Shown: positions 13,327-29,439, counted from the stretch's first letter. The stretch: 64,000 nt of DNA from the human T2T-CHM13v2.0 reference genome, Homo sapiens (GCF_009914755.1 NC_060937.1), one strand, 5' to 3'. Made by a program: numbers and translations. Notes: a model not told the origin generated them from the letters alone.

Positions 13327-15664
13327 TGGGTTCCAAGGGGGCCACCTCGGAGGTGCAGGCACCATGTGGGGCTGGGCCATCTCCCCCAGCCTGGGAGGGC
13401 TCTGACAGCCTCGCTCACTTACTGGAATCTGCACAGGTCAGGGGCCAGTGGGGACTGAGGATAAAACTGAGGCAGACTGGGCCTGGGGCAACGGGGGCCA
13501 CCACCCCAGGACCACTGGCCGGCCCTAGAAAGCCCAGGCGGCATCTGTGCCCCATAGGACTGAAGGCCAAGGGCAGCGTCCTTCTAGGGGGAGCCTGGGC
13601 TTCCACCCCTCCCTGGATGTCACCACAGCTGATTTGCTGAGCTCAGGGCTGTGCATCTACAGGGGGTTCCTGCCCTGGGCCCCTGCCTGGTCCACTCCAT
13701 CGACCCCAGCGCTGCTGCCTGAGCCTCTCAGCCCAACGGGCCGGGCAGCAGCAGGAACACGCTCATGCTGGGCGGGGCGGCGGGGCAGAGGCAGCCCCCG
13801 GCCTCAGCAGCATCAACCACGTGGCAGGAGCTGCTCTCCGGCTCTGCGGCGCATAGACCTGTTTCCTCAGGGATGTCTCCTGCTCCCCACAGTCTCCAAA
13901 GCCCAGCCTCGTCCCCTCCACTAAGACGGGGCTTGGCCTCACCGCTGACCATCCTGGACGCTGACTGCCGCTGCCAGGACCCTCTGAGTTCAGCGCCCAC
14001 TGAGCCCTTCCCCAGACCCCCGGCCTGGCACAAGGCAGCCCCATTCCTTGGGTGTGTGGCTGCTGAGTGCCCTGAACAGCTCGCTCGGGACCTGCCCGCT
14101 TCTCTGATGGGAGTTGGGGCCCAAGCCAGGTGGCCACTCACATCCCACAGGGCGTGTGCCTGCGCCACGGAAATCTCCCTGAGGTAGGAAGGTGTGAGCC
14201 AGGCCTGGCCGCCCTGGAGTGCCCAGAATCAAGGCTCAGAGGAGCAGCACGTGGAACTTTACCCCCCGTGGCAACAATCACCTCTCCGGGGTCCCAAGAG
14301 TCAGCCCTTCCCACCCCAGCACTGGCCCTGATCAGCTCTTCCCCCGGACACTGTGACCCCCACCCCACCAGACAGTGAAGGAGGAACAGAATTACCCTGG
14401 GTTTGAGGAAATGAGCTCAGAGCCCAACAGAAGGCAAAGGCGCGTCTGACTCTGGAAGGCTCACATTCTAACAGCTAAGCCACTGCCAAGCTCCTGTGTC
14501 TGCAGAGCCATGGGACCTCCCTGTCCTAGAGGTGGCTGCCGCCAGCATACCCAGAATGAGGCCAGCCACACGCGGCGACAGGACGAATACACGGGTGGAC
14601 AGACTCATGCCGATGTTTGCTCTGTGGGGGAGGGTGCTGGGAGCCACCCGGCAGAGCTGCCGCCTCCTGCCCCACCAAGGGGACAAACCAACCGTATTTC
14701 CGGAAGCTTCTCTGGGTGCCTTTCTGGTTGGCACAGTTGGAGGCCGCAACTGAGTCACACCCAACTGCCCGGCAGCCTGTCCAGGACAGCCCGTCCAGGG
14801 CCCATTTCCGGTTGTCTGGGAAATGATGACTCTGGGGCCGATGGGCACTTATCTTCTGTGGTGTCTTTCAGTCAAGGGTAGGTGCTGGCTTTGGGGGGTC
14901 CCCTTTCTCTCTTCAGCCTGGATGGTGCCCCACTTTGATCAGAGGAAACTACCCAGTGGGACAAGCTCTGCGTGGCATGCGGCTCCCTGAAAAGGGCCCC
15001 TCCCTCCCTGGCTGAGTGATGGGCAGAGCTCACCCTCTGGGAGCCTCTGCGTTATCATGTGCACCACAGGGACGGCCCCCATGTGTCTCCACGGGAATAG
15101 ACAGTGCACACAGCATCTCCGCCTGTGGCCTCTGACTGCCTTAGAGACACCCGGATCAGAGATGCTGCAGGTCACCTGCCCGTGCCCTCCTGTGCACATG
15201 TGTGGTATGTACGAGCATGTATGTGCTGTGTACATATGAATATGCACGTGTGCGTGTCTGAACGAGAGGGCTCTGGGTGGATTCTGGTGAAACTCGTCTT
15301 ACAGGCATGTCCTGGAGCCCCCCACACCCCTAGGAAGACTCCCTCTCCTCCTCTGAGTGGGGAGCATGTGGCTTCCCTCCAGGGACAGATCCTAGTGCCA
15401 GCACCACAGTCTCTGTTGCTCTCGCAGTCACAGCCGGGGCTCAGCTGCGTCCACCGTGCTCCTGGCTCCTGCAGGGACTTTGGTGACACAGCAGATGCTC
15501 CATCCCTGCCCTGCACCTCTCACTCCTGCCTGGTGGGGGTGCTTCCAGGAGCTGCAGCTCACACGAGGCCCACAAAGGGCTGAGCCTCCCCTGCTGTGCC
15601 CCAGGGGCCTCTGTCCCCACCCAACAAGCCACTGAGCAAGAGGCCAGGGCAGGAAGGGGCTGGA

Positions 15665-17285
15665 GTCCTCCAGCTGGTGGAGACGAGGAGCAGCTGGTGG
15701 AGACGAGGAGCATCCGGTGGAGATGAGGAGCATCCGGTGGAGATGAGGAGCATCTCGTGGGGAGGAGGAGCATCTGGCAGAGACGAGGAGCATCTGGCGG
15801 AGACGAGGAGGAGCATCTGGCGGAGACGAGGAGGAGGATCTGGCGGAGACGAGGAGGAGGATCTGGCGGAGACGAGGAGGAGGATCTGGCGGAGAGGAGG
15901 AGTAGGATCTGGCGGAGAGGAGGAGTAGGATCTGGCGGAGAGGAGGAGCATCCGGCGGGGATGAGGAGCATCCAGTGGGGATGAGGAGCAGCTGGTGGAG
16001 AGGAGCAGCAGCTGGTGGAGACGAGGAGCATCCGGTGGAGATGAGGAGCATCTCGAGGAGAGGAGGAGCATCTGGTGGAGAGGAGGAGCATCCCGTGGAG
16101 ACGAGGAGCATCCCGTGGAGATGAGGAGCATCTGGCGGAGACGAGGAGCATCTGGCGGAGAGGAGGAGTAGTATCTGGCAGAGAGGAGTAGTATCTGGCA
16201 GAGAGGAGTAGTATCTGGTGGAGAGGAGGAGTAGTATCTGGTGGAGAGGAGGAGCATCCGGCGGAGAGGAGGAGCATCCGGCGGAGACGAGGAGCATCCG
16301 GCGGTGACGAGGAGCATCCGGCGGAGATGAGGAGCATCCGGTGGAGAGGAGGAGCATCTCGAGGAGCGGAGGAGCATCCGGCGGAGACGAGGAGCATCTC
16401 GTGGAGCGGAGGAGCATCTGGCGGAGACGAGGAGCATCTCGTGGAGAGGAGGAGCATCTCGTGGAGCGGAGGAGCATCTGGCAGAGACGAGGAGTAGTGT
16501 CTGGCAGAGACGAGGAGTAGTGTCTGGCAGAGACGAGGAGTAGTGTCTGGCGGAGAGGAGGAGTAGTGTCTGGCAGAGACGAGGAGTAGTGTCTGGCAGA
16601 GAGGAGGAGCATCCGGCGGAGACGAGAAGCAGCCGGCGGAGACGAGGAGCAGCCGGCAGAGACGAGGAGCAGCCGGTGGAGACGAGGAGCATCTCGAGGA
16701 GAGGAGGAGCATCTCGAGGAGAGGAGGAGCATCCGGTGGAGAGGAGGAGCATCTCGCAGAGAGGAGGAGCATCTCGCGGAGACGAGGAGCATCTGGCGGA
16801 GACGAGGAGGAGGATCTGGCGGAGACGAGGAGTAGGATCTGGCGGAGAGGAGGAGTAGGATCTGGCGGAGAGGAGGAGTAGGATCTGGCGGAGAGGAGTA
16901 GGATCTGGCGGAGAGGAGGAGTAGGATCTGGCGGAGAGGTGGAGTAGTATCTGGCGGAGAGGAGGAGTAGGATCTGGCGGAGAGGAGGAGTAGTATTTGG
17001 CGAAGAGGAGGAGCATCCGGCGGAGACGAGGAGCATCCGGTGGAGACGAGGAGCACCCGGTGGAGACGAGGAGCATCTCGAGGAGACGAGGAGCATCTCG
17101 ACGAGAGGAGGAGCATCCGGTGGAGAGGAGGAGCATCTGGTGGAGACGAGGAGCATCTGGTGGAGAGGAGGAGTAGTATCTGGTGGAGAGGAGGAGTAGT
17201 ATCTGGTGGAGAGGAGGAGCATCTGGTGGAGAGGAGGAGCATCTGGTGGAGAGGAGGAGCATCTGGTGGAGAGGAGGAGCATCTT
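15665..17285. repeat. 21/24-bp purine-rich VNTR (ggagacgaggagcatctggc variants), 1.6 kb
   Basis: Directly visible; unit lengths are multiples of 3, which explains the 600+ aa pseudo-ORFs. Confidence 0.97.
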
Positions 17286-17295
17286 CCCGTGCTTG

Positions 17296-17301
17296 TTTAT
17301 T
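17296..17301 (-). terminator. Candidate AATAAA poly(A) signal for C13orf46
   Basis: tttatt on the plus strand, ~325 nt after the stop codon and just before the 15665-17285 VNTR. Confidence 0.6.
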
Positions 17302-17625
17302 GTGTTTGTTGAAGGTCACGTCATCACTCACCCAGTGGGCAGTGGGTTTCAGGCGTGGCTCACACCTGGTGTGGTCATCGGCACCCCAGCGTTGCTCAGG
17401 GCTGGCGGGATCTTTAGCCCAAAGGCGCAGTCTGTGCTCTCGCTCCTTCCAGGCCTGGCCAGTCCCACAAGAAGAAAACAGAAACCTCAGTGCCTGGCAG
17501 AGAAGGCTCTTGGGCGGCAAGTAGGTGGCCGGATCGCCCTCCGTCCCGCCTCCTGTGCCCCCAGCCCCTCTGCACCCCGTCTCCTTCCTCTTCTTCGCCA
17601 AGCTCTGAGCACCCTCTCCGGGGCG

Positions 17626-19150
<1,525 letters not shown>

Positions 19151-19848
19151 TAGGGGCTGTGGTGAGTGGCGGATGAGAAGCCCAGTTTGCTGGTTTCTGC
19201 TTGAGCCCTGACTGGGAGGACATGCAGGTCTCCAGAAGGATGCCTGAAGACAAAACAGCAAAAAGCACAAGGGCCCTGCCTCCGTCCCCACCTGGAGCCA
19301 CTATGTTCTTAAAAGATCAGTGACCTGGGTCCGTGCCTTTTCCTGCACACGACGTCTGCCGCGGTTCGTGATTACGCCTCTGTAATCTACAGCCAAACAT
19401 GCCCTCGCACTCAAACCTTGATGTGATTCTGCATGCGCCCAGCCCCCGCCGCCTGTCCAGGAACCGTGAACAGAAACACGGCGTGGGGCAATGGACAGAC
19501 GGCTCGCGGGCGACAGCCTCAGTGCACAGTCCTCACTAAGACTTCCACGTAAAACAAACTCTTGAAAAGCTTTTTTTTCCTTAATTGGCAATCATCGTGC
19601 CCATGAAGGGACTCCTAGCGGACTGCCCAGGGACACTGCAGGGACCTGGCACCTTGACCCCAGCACAGGCCCTTGGGGCCTCTCTGGCCCCTGCACAGCT
19701 GCACGTGGTGGGGTCTCTCCTGGGGTCTCTCTGGGTCCTCTCCTGGGGCTGTGCTAGGGCTCAGACCTCCTGCTTGGCTGACAGCCCTGAGTTTTGGAGA
19801 CTTTTCATTTGTTAAGGAGAAAAATTCTCCTAGTTGAAAGATACTAGG

Positions 19849-20143
<295 letters not shown>

Positions 20144-20822
20144 CTAGGAAGAAATGGATGTGTGAGGCTGATTGGGTAGAATGTGTGAGGCTGCATGATT
20201 GGCTAGGATGTGTGAGGTTGTCTGATTGGGTAGAATGTGTGAGGCTGTCTGATTGGCTAGGATGTGTGAAGCTGTCTGGCCAGGTTGAGCAGGTGCTTCC
20301 CCTTTTAATCTGACTCCCAGTGGGAAATGAATCATAACAAAGTGAAACAACAGGCACTGGACAACCAACCTCCAGTCAGTGCCCAGCAGGCGTGTGACAC
20401 ATGGAGCCCTTCTAGATGGGAGGGGTTCATGAAAGGAGATTTAATGCAGAAATGGTCAAAAATGGTGTTCTTAAACATTAAGGCATACCAGGCTTTCTAA
20501 GGCTGTCACTGGCCCACTCTTTTGCTTATTTTAAACCAATGAGCAAATTATATCAAGGAAAATTTGGAGCTCAAATGGCAATCTGCGATGATAGAGTTAA
20601 CATGTGGACTTGTCCAAGTTATCTCTCTTTTTATCCTGAAGCAAAATGACTGGCTATTTTAAAAAGAAGTGTAGGACAAAGCACAAAGTCCAAGCATGTC
20701 AGAATGGTCTGTAAAAGTCATGATAAGGTTTATGAAAAGATAATTTTGAAAAGAATTCTGTGTGTAAGTTGGCTGTGATTAAAAGGGAATTATTTATATG
20801 TCCTTCTAAAGATTGAGCTTTG

Positions 20823-21117
20823 GGCCAGGCATGGTGGCTCATGCCTGTAATCCCAGCACTTTGGGAGGCCAAGGCGGGCAGATCATGAGGTCAGGAGATC
20901 GAGACCATCCTGGCTAACATGGTGAAACCTTGTCTCTACTAAAAATACAAAAAAAAAAATTAGCCAGACATGGTGGTGGGCGCCTGTAGTCTCAGCTACT
21001 TGGGAGCTGAGGCAGGAGAATGGCGTGAACCCAGGAGGCGGAGCTTGCAGTGAGCTGAGATCGTGCCACTGCACTACAGCCTGGGCGACAGAGCGAGACT
21101 CTGTCTCAAAAAAAAAA
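20823..21117 (+). mobile_element. AluY with TSD AAAGATTGAGCTTTG
   Basis: Full-length element; the same sequence flanks both sides. Confidence 0.95.
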
Positions 21118-22589
21118 GATTGAGCTTTGATATTAAATATACATTAATACAAAACTAAAGATTGGTCCCCTATGTCACCACAAAGTTTCCTTAAAGTACT
21201 GGTTTGCTCTTAATGAAATTGCAAGAGGTTTTGATTTTTAACTCTGAAATCATTTCTTTTGAAACTGCTCAGGTCTACAATTTAGAAACTCAGCTTCTGC
21301 TGTCCCTTGTCACGTGTGGTTTGCAGGTCGTGCGTGGCTGCCTCAGCTCTTTCTCCCCTTAAGAAGGCCTGGGATAACAACTTTCTCCTTCAAACTTTTT
21401 GTCAAGTCCTGCAACTTTTTCCTCCAGTTCTAACTCTGCTGTTTAAGCAACGTTTTCCTTAAGTGCAGCTTCAATTTATACACTTGGCTTTTCTTGCTAT
21501 GTCTGAATTGTTCAACATAATCAGGCAACTTCTCATGCTGTTACCAACAGCTGTGTGTTCCCCAGCTCAAGGCCCTAGTTTCCTTGTTTACTGTCCTCTG
21601 TAATCAAGTGCACACCCACAGCCCTGAAGATGCTCTTCCTGTGTCAGGCGAGGTTCCATCGGATCTGACTTCCAGGTTACCTGCATGGGCTTCCCTCAAG
21701 GAGAGGCAATCACACTGCAGGTTTTTCTGTACCTTTTGGTAACTGGCTTAAAAACCAAATATTTTATATTTTATCAAGATAATTTCTCCTTTATCTTTAT
21801 TAGATTTTGATTACTTAAGACAACTGAGCTTTAAAAGGGTTATGGTTTTTACAGCAATGTAACTTCCTAAATTGCCTGTGAAGTCTTTTGATAATCACTC
21901 TGGTTAAATGAGTGACTATTATTTTTAAATGATCTGTAATTCTGTTTTGATTGTTTTGAACCTTTTGACATCTTTTGCAGGTTTCCACAGAATCAAAATC
22001 CTACATAAAGTCTTTTCAGATTAAACAATTACATTTGGTAAAACTCTATGGGTAGCATCATCAAATGATAAATGATACTAAATCTTCTTTTAGTTTTAAT
22101 TGTGAGCATGTTATTGATATAAATGTTCTAAAAATTACATACATTTATATTAATATAATATCAGTCATAATTTTGATAACGTCCAATTGTAAATTATATT
22201 TGTATGGGCATGTTATCCGTGTGAATATTCTAAAGATTATGTGAAAATGTATAGAAGCTGGGCAGTCCTGATGTGACACTGTCAGTCATGATTTTGGTTG
22301 TTTTCTTACAATGTTATGTGTAATAGAAATAACTGTTTTCTTGTTGGTTAGAAGCTTTCATCAAATTTTAACTGTGGCTGTTCTAAGGTTTTGCATCTGT
22401 AGTCATTGTTCTGAAGTATTCTCTAAAAACATTTATAATCAGCTCTAGTCCAAAACTGCTTTTTGTGGAAAGGACTGTAATAAATATGGGTACAAAAAGG
22501 TGGGAAATATTAAGAGCACAATTAATGACATAATATACAAAAGTGGTTCCAGTTTTGTTCACTGGTTATCCATTTTTTTTCCAATCTGT

Positions 22590-22870
22590 AGTTACTGTGA
22601 TGCTGTGAAGTGTGCAGTGCTCTGTGTGCTCTGTGTGATCTGTGGCTACTCTGGAACTATGAAGTGTGCAGAGCTGTGCGTGATCTGTGGCCCCTCTGAT
22701 GCTATGAAGTGTGCAGTGCTCTCCATGATCTGTGGCTACTCTGGAACTATGAACTGTGCAGAGCTATGTGTGATCTGTGGCTACTCTGGAACTATGAAGT
22801 GTGCAGAGCTCTGCGTGATCTGTGGCCCCTCTGATGCTATGAAGTGTGCAGTGCTCTGCGTGATCTGTGG
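22590..22870. repeat. ~45-bp tandem repeat, about 6 copies (tgaagtgtgcagagct...gatctgtgg)
   Basis: Directly visible; produces the Cys-rich pseudo-ORF 22500..22958. Confidence 0.9.
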
Positions 22871-22974
22871 TTTCCCTGTAACAGTCCTGGGGATGTATTG
22901 TGTTGGGCAGGTACAGGAAAAGGCAACACTAGGAAAAAGAAAATCCAGATCATGCTAATTAAAAAAGAGATGGA

Positions 22975-23270
22975 GGCTGGGTGCGGTGGCTCACGCCTGT
23001 AATCCCAGCACATCGGGAGGCTGAGGCAGGTGGATCCTGAGGTCAGGAGATCGAGACCATCCTGGCTAACACGGCGAAACCCTGGCTCTACTAAAAATAC
23101 AAAAAAAATCTAGCTGGGCGTGGTGGTGGGCGCCTGTAGTCCCAGCTACTCAGGAGGCTGAGGCAGGAGAATGGCGTGAACCTGGGGGGCGGAGCTTGCA
23201 GTGAGCCGAGATGGTGCCACTGCACTCCAGCCTGGGCAACAGAGTGAGACTGTGTCTCAAAAACAAAAAA
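22975..23270 (+). mobile_element. AluY with TSD AAAAAAGAGATGGA
   Basis: Full-length element with flanking duplication. Confidence 0.95.
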
Positions 23271-24004
23271 AGAGATGGAGCCTGCCAAAGCATTTTCCAA
23301 TGAACACGCAAGTGTGCACGTGAGCTGATGCCCATTCATTACAGCCACGGCTGAGGACTCTCGGCCTTCCTGGGCGGGAACCTCCCGGTATTGGGAAATC
23401 AGCATTGGGTCTTGTAAATGCAACTGGATGGTGATCCAAAGGGGGAATTTGTGAGATGAGGTAGCAAACCTAAGAAGCCACGTCAGCTCGTTTCTGCTGG
23501 CAGCTCTCCCCACTGCACGCCACCAGCAGCCCCACTGGGCAGGTTTTCTGGGATAGCTGAGTCAAGGGGGATGGAGGCTGAGACCAGGAGATTTCGACCC
23601 AGGATTGTCCAGCTTGGGGCAGAAAACAGCCATCGAGCTGTGTGCCGAGTGCCAAATCCATCATCAGGAAACGATGAGAAAAATAGAGCTGTACTTGGAA
23701 AATACCTGCCCATTTTAAGCCCAGACTCAGGAGTCAAAACAACCCCAATGTCCTAGTGAAAGCTGGTGTGACCTGGTTACGGTAGGAGTCAAAAGAGGCA
23801 GAGACTCTGCTGAGTTGGGGCAGAGTGCAATGTTCTCGAGGACTTTCTCTCTCCCTGGAGACATAAAAATCTGAGAGCAGGTAGCGCAGGTAGGGCTGTC
23901 ATCATCACAGCAGCAATCCGTCAGCAAAGCCAGACCAGTCGGGGGCCGAGGGCTGCAGCTCTCAAAGCTGGCCCTGGGCAAGGATGCCGCTTGGCAGGTA
24001 CAGC

Positions 24005-24575
24005 TGCAGCCCCTGTCCTCAGCCTCCCCCCTATCCTCAGCCTCAGCCCGTCCTCAGCCTTGCCCCTGTCCTCAGCCTCGGCCCCTGTCCTCAGCCTCGC
24101 CCCTGTCCTCAGCCTCGGCCCTGTCCTCAGCCTCGGCCCCTGTCCTCAGCTTCACCCCTGTCCTCAGCCTCGGCCCCTGTCCTCAGCCCTCGCCCCGTCC
24201 TCAGCCTCGGCCCCTGTCCTCAGCCTCTCCCGTCCTCAGCCTCGCCCCTGTCCTCAGCCTCGCCCCTGTCCTCAGCCTCGGCCCTGTCCTCAGCCTCGGC
24301 CCCTGTCCTCCAGCTTCACCCGTCCTCAGCCTCAGCCCGTCCTCAGCCTCGGCCCCTGTCCTCAGCCTCGCCCCTGTCCTCAGCCTCACCCCTGTCCTCA
24401 GCCCTCGCTCCAGTCCTCAGCCTCGCCCCTGTCCTCAGCCTCGGCCCCTGTCCTCAGCCGCAGTCCTTGTCCTCAGCCACAGCCCCCTCTCCTCAGCCTC
24501 GCCCGTCCTCAGCCTTGCCCCTGTCCTCAGCCACGGCCCCTGTCCTCAGCCTCAGCTGCAGCCACTGTCCTCAGT
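24005..24575. repeat. 17-19-bp VNTR (cccctgtcctcagcctcg)
   Basis: About 30 copies. Confidence 0.96.
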
Positions 24576-24707
24576 GTCGAAAGTCAGGTGCTCCCATGTG
24601 CTTTTAAGAGGTGGAAGCTGGGGTGATTTTTAAACATTTCTCTCTGTTGTGCTATTCCACATAATTCCCGTTATTGTAAATGACTGGTTAAAATGTTAAT
24701 GTAACTG

Positions 24708-24983
<276 letters not shown>

Positions 24984-25779
24984 GAAAGAAGGTTTAGTAT
25001 CATGTGACTGTTTTATAAAGCCGATAGAACAATTCATCCTTTAAAAAAATCTGTAAGAAATCAAAATACTGATAAACTGTTAATTCTGAGTGGTAGGCAT
25101 TTGGACAATTGCTTTTTGTATTTTTGTGTGTTGCTTAAAATAAAACACTATAGATCCATGGGCCCCCTTCAATGGGCCAGTGTCTTCTCTCCCCACACCC
25201 ATCTTCAGGGCCTCGGGCCTCGGGGAGTCTTGGGGCTTCCCTGGACCTACACAGCATCCAGCCTGGGGACACGGATCATCTCTTCGGAGGCTGCCTAGCC
25301 CCGGCCCCAGGGCCCGAGGCTTGTTGTGAGAGAAGCCTGCTTGGCTGTGACACCAGCCGTGTATGCACGGCTTCCCACTACCTGCAGGACCCAAGTCTGC
25401 AGCTAAAACCTAAACAGGAGAAGTCAGTACCATGCACTTATCACCTCTCCCCCCTCCTTCCTCCCTACTCTCCCTCCTCTTCCCCCTTCTCATCAGGTCC
25501 TTTTCCTGGCTGGTGGGTAGGAGACACGGCCTGGTTATGGGGTGAGGTGGGGCATCGTGAAGCTCGTCCCTGAGCCCTTCGAAGGTCCGATGTCCTGTTC
25601 CCTGCCCTCAGTCCCTCAGGCTCGGCAGGTGCTGAGCCTCGGCAGTGCCCAGGGAGAAGGGGGGACCGCCTGGGCTCGGCTCTGCCCACCACACACAAGG
25701 CATGGTGGGCACACCAGAGACCGTGGTGGGGGGAAAGTCCTCCTACCCCCACCTAGTGTGAGCCCACAAGCATCACTCA

Positions 25780-25884
<105 letters not shown>

Positions 25885-26374
25885 TCAGCCACGGGCACTG
25901 AGGCATAGCCTGTGGACCTGCTGGAGGATCAGGCTAGGGCACAGAGGCTGGATGACCTCCCATCAGACAGGGCTCTCTATTGACTGGACATTTCCAGTTA
26001 GGGGAACCTGACCAAGGAACTGCACCCTTGATGAGGCCTGGCTCCTGGACTGAAGACCAGGTCTGGCCTGTCAGCCCAACTGTGCCACTGGCTGGCCCTC
26101 CTTGAGTCCTTAGAACTCATGTGCCCCAAGAATAGCCTTGTTGGGGGTTAACAACCAGCTCTCTCTGTGGCTCTGAGGGCAAAAGGGAGAGAAGGTACAG
26201 TCTGGAAAATAACTGACCCCCAGGAAGGAGCTTAAACTTGCCAAGAAAGAACTTCAATAAACTTCCAGAATGATGACTGTTCACTACAGCAAAGACATGG
26301 AGGAACACACCCCAGATGTTAGTGTTGGAAGTGCCCAGACAGGTCATTAAGTCAGCCTCTTCTTCTTACAGATA

Positions 26375-27685
26375 AGGATGATGATTATGGTGGTGATAAT
26401 GTTGATGGTGATGACGATGGTGATGATGATGATTATAATGGTGGTGATGATGACGGTGACTATACTGGTGATGGTGGTGGTGATGACAGTGATGATGATT
26501 GTGACAATGATGATGGTGATTATAATGGTGATGATGATGATGGTGACAATGGTGATGGTGATTATAATGGTGGTGATGATGGTGAAGGTGATGATGGTGA
26601 TGATGATGGTGATGGTGGTGATGATGGTGATGGTGATGATGGTAATTATAATGGTGGTGATGATGGTGAAGGTGATGATGGTGATAATGGTGATGGTGAT
26701 GATGATGGTGATGGTGGTGATGATGGTGATGGTGATGATGGTGGTAATGGTGATGGTGATGATGGCGATGGTGATGGTGACAATGATGATGATGATTATG
26801 ATGGTGATGATGATGGTGATGGTGATTATGTTGGTGATGATGGTGACAGTGATAGTGGTGATGATGATGATGGTGGTGATGATGGTCATGATAGTGATGG
26901 TGATGATGATGCTGGTGATGGGAATGATGGTGATGTGATGATGGTATTAATGATGGTGATGATGATGATGGTGATGATGGTGATTATAATGGTGATGATG
27001 ACAATGGTGACGGTGATAGTGGTGATGGTGATGATGATGATGGCGGTGATGATGGTCATGATGATGGTGATTATAATGGTGGTGATGATGGGGATAGCGA
27101 TAGTGGTGATGGTGATGATGATGGTGACAGTGATGGTGGTGATGATGGTCATGATAGTGATGGTGATGATGATGCTGGTGATGGGAATGATGGTGGTGAT
27201 GTGATAATGACGGTGATATTAATGATGGTGATGATGATGATGGTGATGGTATTAATGATGGTGATGATGATGATGATGTGATAATGATGGTGATGGTATT
27301 AATGGTGATGATGACGGTGGTGATGATTATAATGGTGATGATGATGGTGATGGTGATTATAATGGTGGTGATGATGGTGAAGGTGATGATGGTAATAATG
27401 GTGATGGTAATAGTGACGATGATGGTGATAGTGATAGTGGTGATGGTGATGATGATGGTGACAGTGATGATGGTCATGATAGTGATGATGATGATGCTGC
27501 TGCTGATGGGAATGATGGTGGTGATGTGATAATGATGGTGATATTAATGATGATGGTGATAATGTTTATGGGGATGATGTTGCTGGTGGTGATGATGATG
27601 ATGGTTGTGATATAATGATGGTGTTGATGCTGAGGATAGTAATGGTGGTGATGATGATGATGATACCCCATGATGATGATGATAA
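26375..27685. repeat. (GAT/GGT)n trinucleotide low-complexity tract, 1.3 kb
   Basis: Directly visible. Confidence 0.97.
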
Positions 27686-27689
27686 GCTT

Positions 27690-27830
27690 TCCTGGGTGTG
27701 AGGCACTGCTCTGAGAGCTTTCCCAGACAACCCTGGAATGCGGGTACTAATATGATTCCTACTTTATAGAGGAGACAACTGAGGCACAGGGAAGTATGAT
27801 GAGTTGTTTTGAGCATTTACTGACAGAACC
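27690..27830 (-). mobile_element. MIR fragment
   Basis: attcctactttatagaggagacaactgaggcacagggaagt is MIR-core like. Confidence 0.65.
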
Positions 27831-28197
27831 ACACATCCACCAAAGCCCAGTCTCTGAGCTTCCAGGCCTGTGCCCTTTTCACCATCCCAACGTGATCCCC
27901 CACAAGAGGTTCTGAGGACCCATGGGCACCTTGAAGGTTAACCCAGGCCCCAGAGTCTCTGATAGTGCTGAAGTGTGCGTGAGTTGGAGTGTGGGAGGGT
28001 AAGGAAGAGGCTAGACCAATCCTCAACACCAGGGAGCTCTCCTGGAGCTGCTGGCCCCAGGTCTCTGCCTCCCCATCCAACACATGGCTATTGTGGGGTA
28101 AGTTCCCAGAAAAGCCTCCCAGGCTGGCCCTGCCAGGCAGCACAGGCGCTTTCCTGGTGGCTTTGGCTCTGCTTGTCTTGCGGTTTTCCATTTTTAC

Positions 28198-28245
28198 CTC
28201 CTCAGCATGGTCTCCCAGATCAATCTCCACAAACACAGATGCTTT
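28198..28245 (-). CDS. C13orf46: C13orf46 exon 5: KASVFVEIDLGDHAEE
   Basis: Acceptor cattcgcag|AAA, donor GAG|gtaaaa; 48 nt. Confidence 0.87.
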
Positions 28246-29323
28246 CTGCGAATGGAAACCACAGAGGTGTGGATGGCAGGCTTGGGTGAGCTGGAGAGGA
28301 ACGTTGATTCCCTGGGAGGAACAGTGGCCCCTGGCCCTTGGGGCAGCCGGGGCAGACCCTGGTGATGACCATCAGGTCCCCAGATCCTGGCAATGCTGAA
28401 CGAGGGCTCCTGGGACGCTGGGCAGAGCTGACGGCAGTATGGACTGTGAGGTGCCCATGTAGGAGAAGGATGTAGGAGGGATATGGCTTTCTCACCCCTC
28501 CCTACTCACCTCCCATCAGGGCCCTGAGACCCCAGAGGGTCTCCTCCAACCTCATCCTCTGAGAACTCGGGCCTCCAGGAGATGGGGCAATGCCCAGATC
28601 TTGGGGAGCCGGGCTGCTCCCACCCCAGCCCTGCTCGACAAGGCAGCACTCCTGCCCCACAGCCTGCCTGTGGGCCACACTCCACACCAAGGAGCAGGAG
28701 AACCCCCCCGGGATGTGAACGGCTTCAGCGGCTCAGGGTTTTGCTGTCCCAAGGCCTCCAACGGGGCACCTGGGCCAGCCCAGAACGTGTGTCTGATGGG
28801 AGCATTTGAGTCAACTCCAAGGGCAGTGTCTGGGGGTGGGTGAAGGACTTCCCAAGAGCCCTGGAATGAAACCAAGGCCCGCCTGGCAAGCAGCGTGTCT
28901 GGTTGTGTTACCGTCCCCACCACACAGCTTGGAGGGAGAACAAAAGCCACTTTCCTTCACACGGTGCCACGTGAGAACCCCCACAGCATGACGTGTCCCT
29001 GGACAACACATCAAGCCTGGGGCTCTGGGTGTTTTCTGGGCCAAGGTCAAGCTGAGGGCACCTCCTCTCAGGGCCTCATACACCTTTAGTGACTGCACGT
29101 TTGGCAAGCAGGGGTCAGGCTGCCCTGGGATCGGGTAAAGAGTCTCAGAGCTTGGCCCCAAGCCTCTCTAGGGTAGCAGGGGCCCAGTCAGTCCAGCTTC
29201 ACAGCCTGGCGCCTGCTGAACTGACCCCCAGGCCACCGTCCCGGGCAGGTCCAGGCTCCGGCAGAACTCCCGCCTGGACAGGCCTCCCTTCTCACTTCTA
29301 TTACTAAAGGGAAAAGCTCTTGC

Positions 29324-29371
29324 CTCTTCTTCCTGAAGGTCATTTAGCTTTATGGACTCTGCCTCCTGTTC
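29324..29371 (-). CDS. C13orf46: C13orf46 exon 4: EQEAESIKLNDLQEEE (GC donor)
   Basis: Acceptor gtcttacag|GAA; 48 nt; the in-frame donor is GAG|gcaaga and the nearby GT sites are out of frame. Confidence 0.8.
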
Positions 29372-29439
29372 CTGTAAGACCAAAGAGGTTAAGTGAAGGC
29401 CGGGCTCCAAGGCAAGAGGAAAAAATGCACCGCTCCTCA

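Noticed and set aside
6990-15400. Many 60-280 aa ORFs in GC-rich unique sequence
   Set aside because: Expected by chance at this GC content; I found no recognisable protein or consistent exon chain, though non-coding exons cannot be excluded.
15428-17601. Three minus-strand ORFs of 604-680 aa
   Set aside because: They are translations of a 21/24-bp VNTR lacking stops in all frames, with low complexity and no domain.
22500-22958. Cys-rich ORF resembling a metallothionein or zinc finger
   Set aside because: It is the translation of a ~45-bp tandem repeat inside an ERV remnant, with a non-ATG start and no splice support.
26347-27671. Met/Val-rich, Ile/Thr-rich and poly-His ORFs
   Set aside because: Products of a trinucleotide low-complexity tract.
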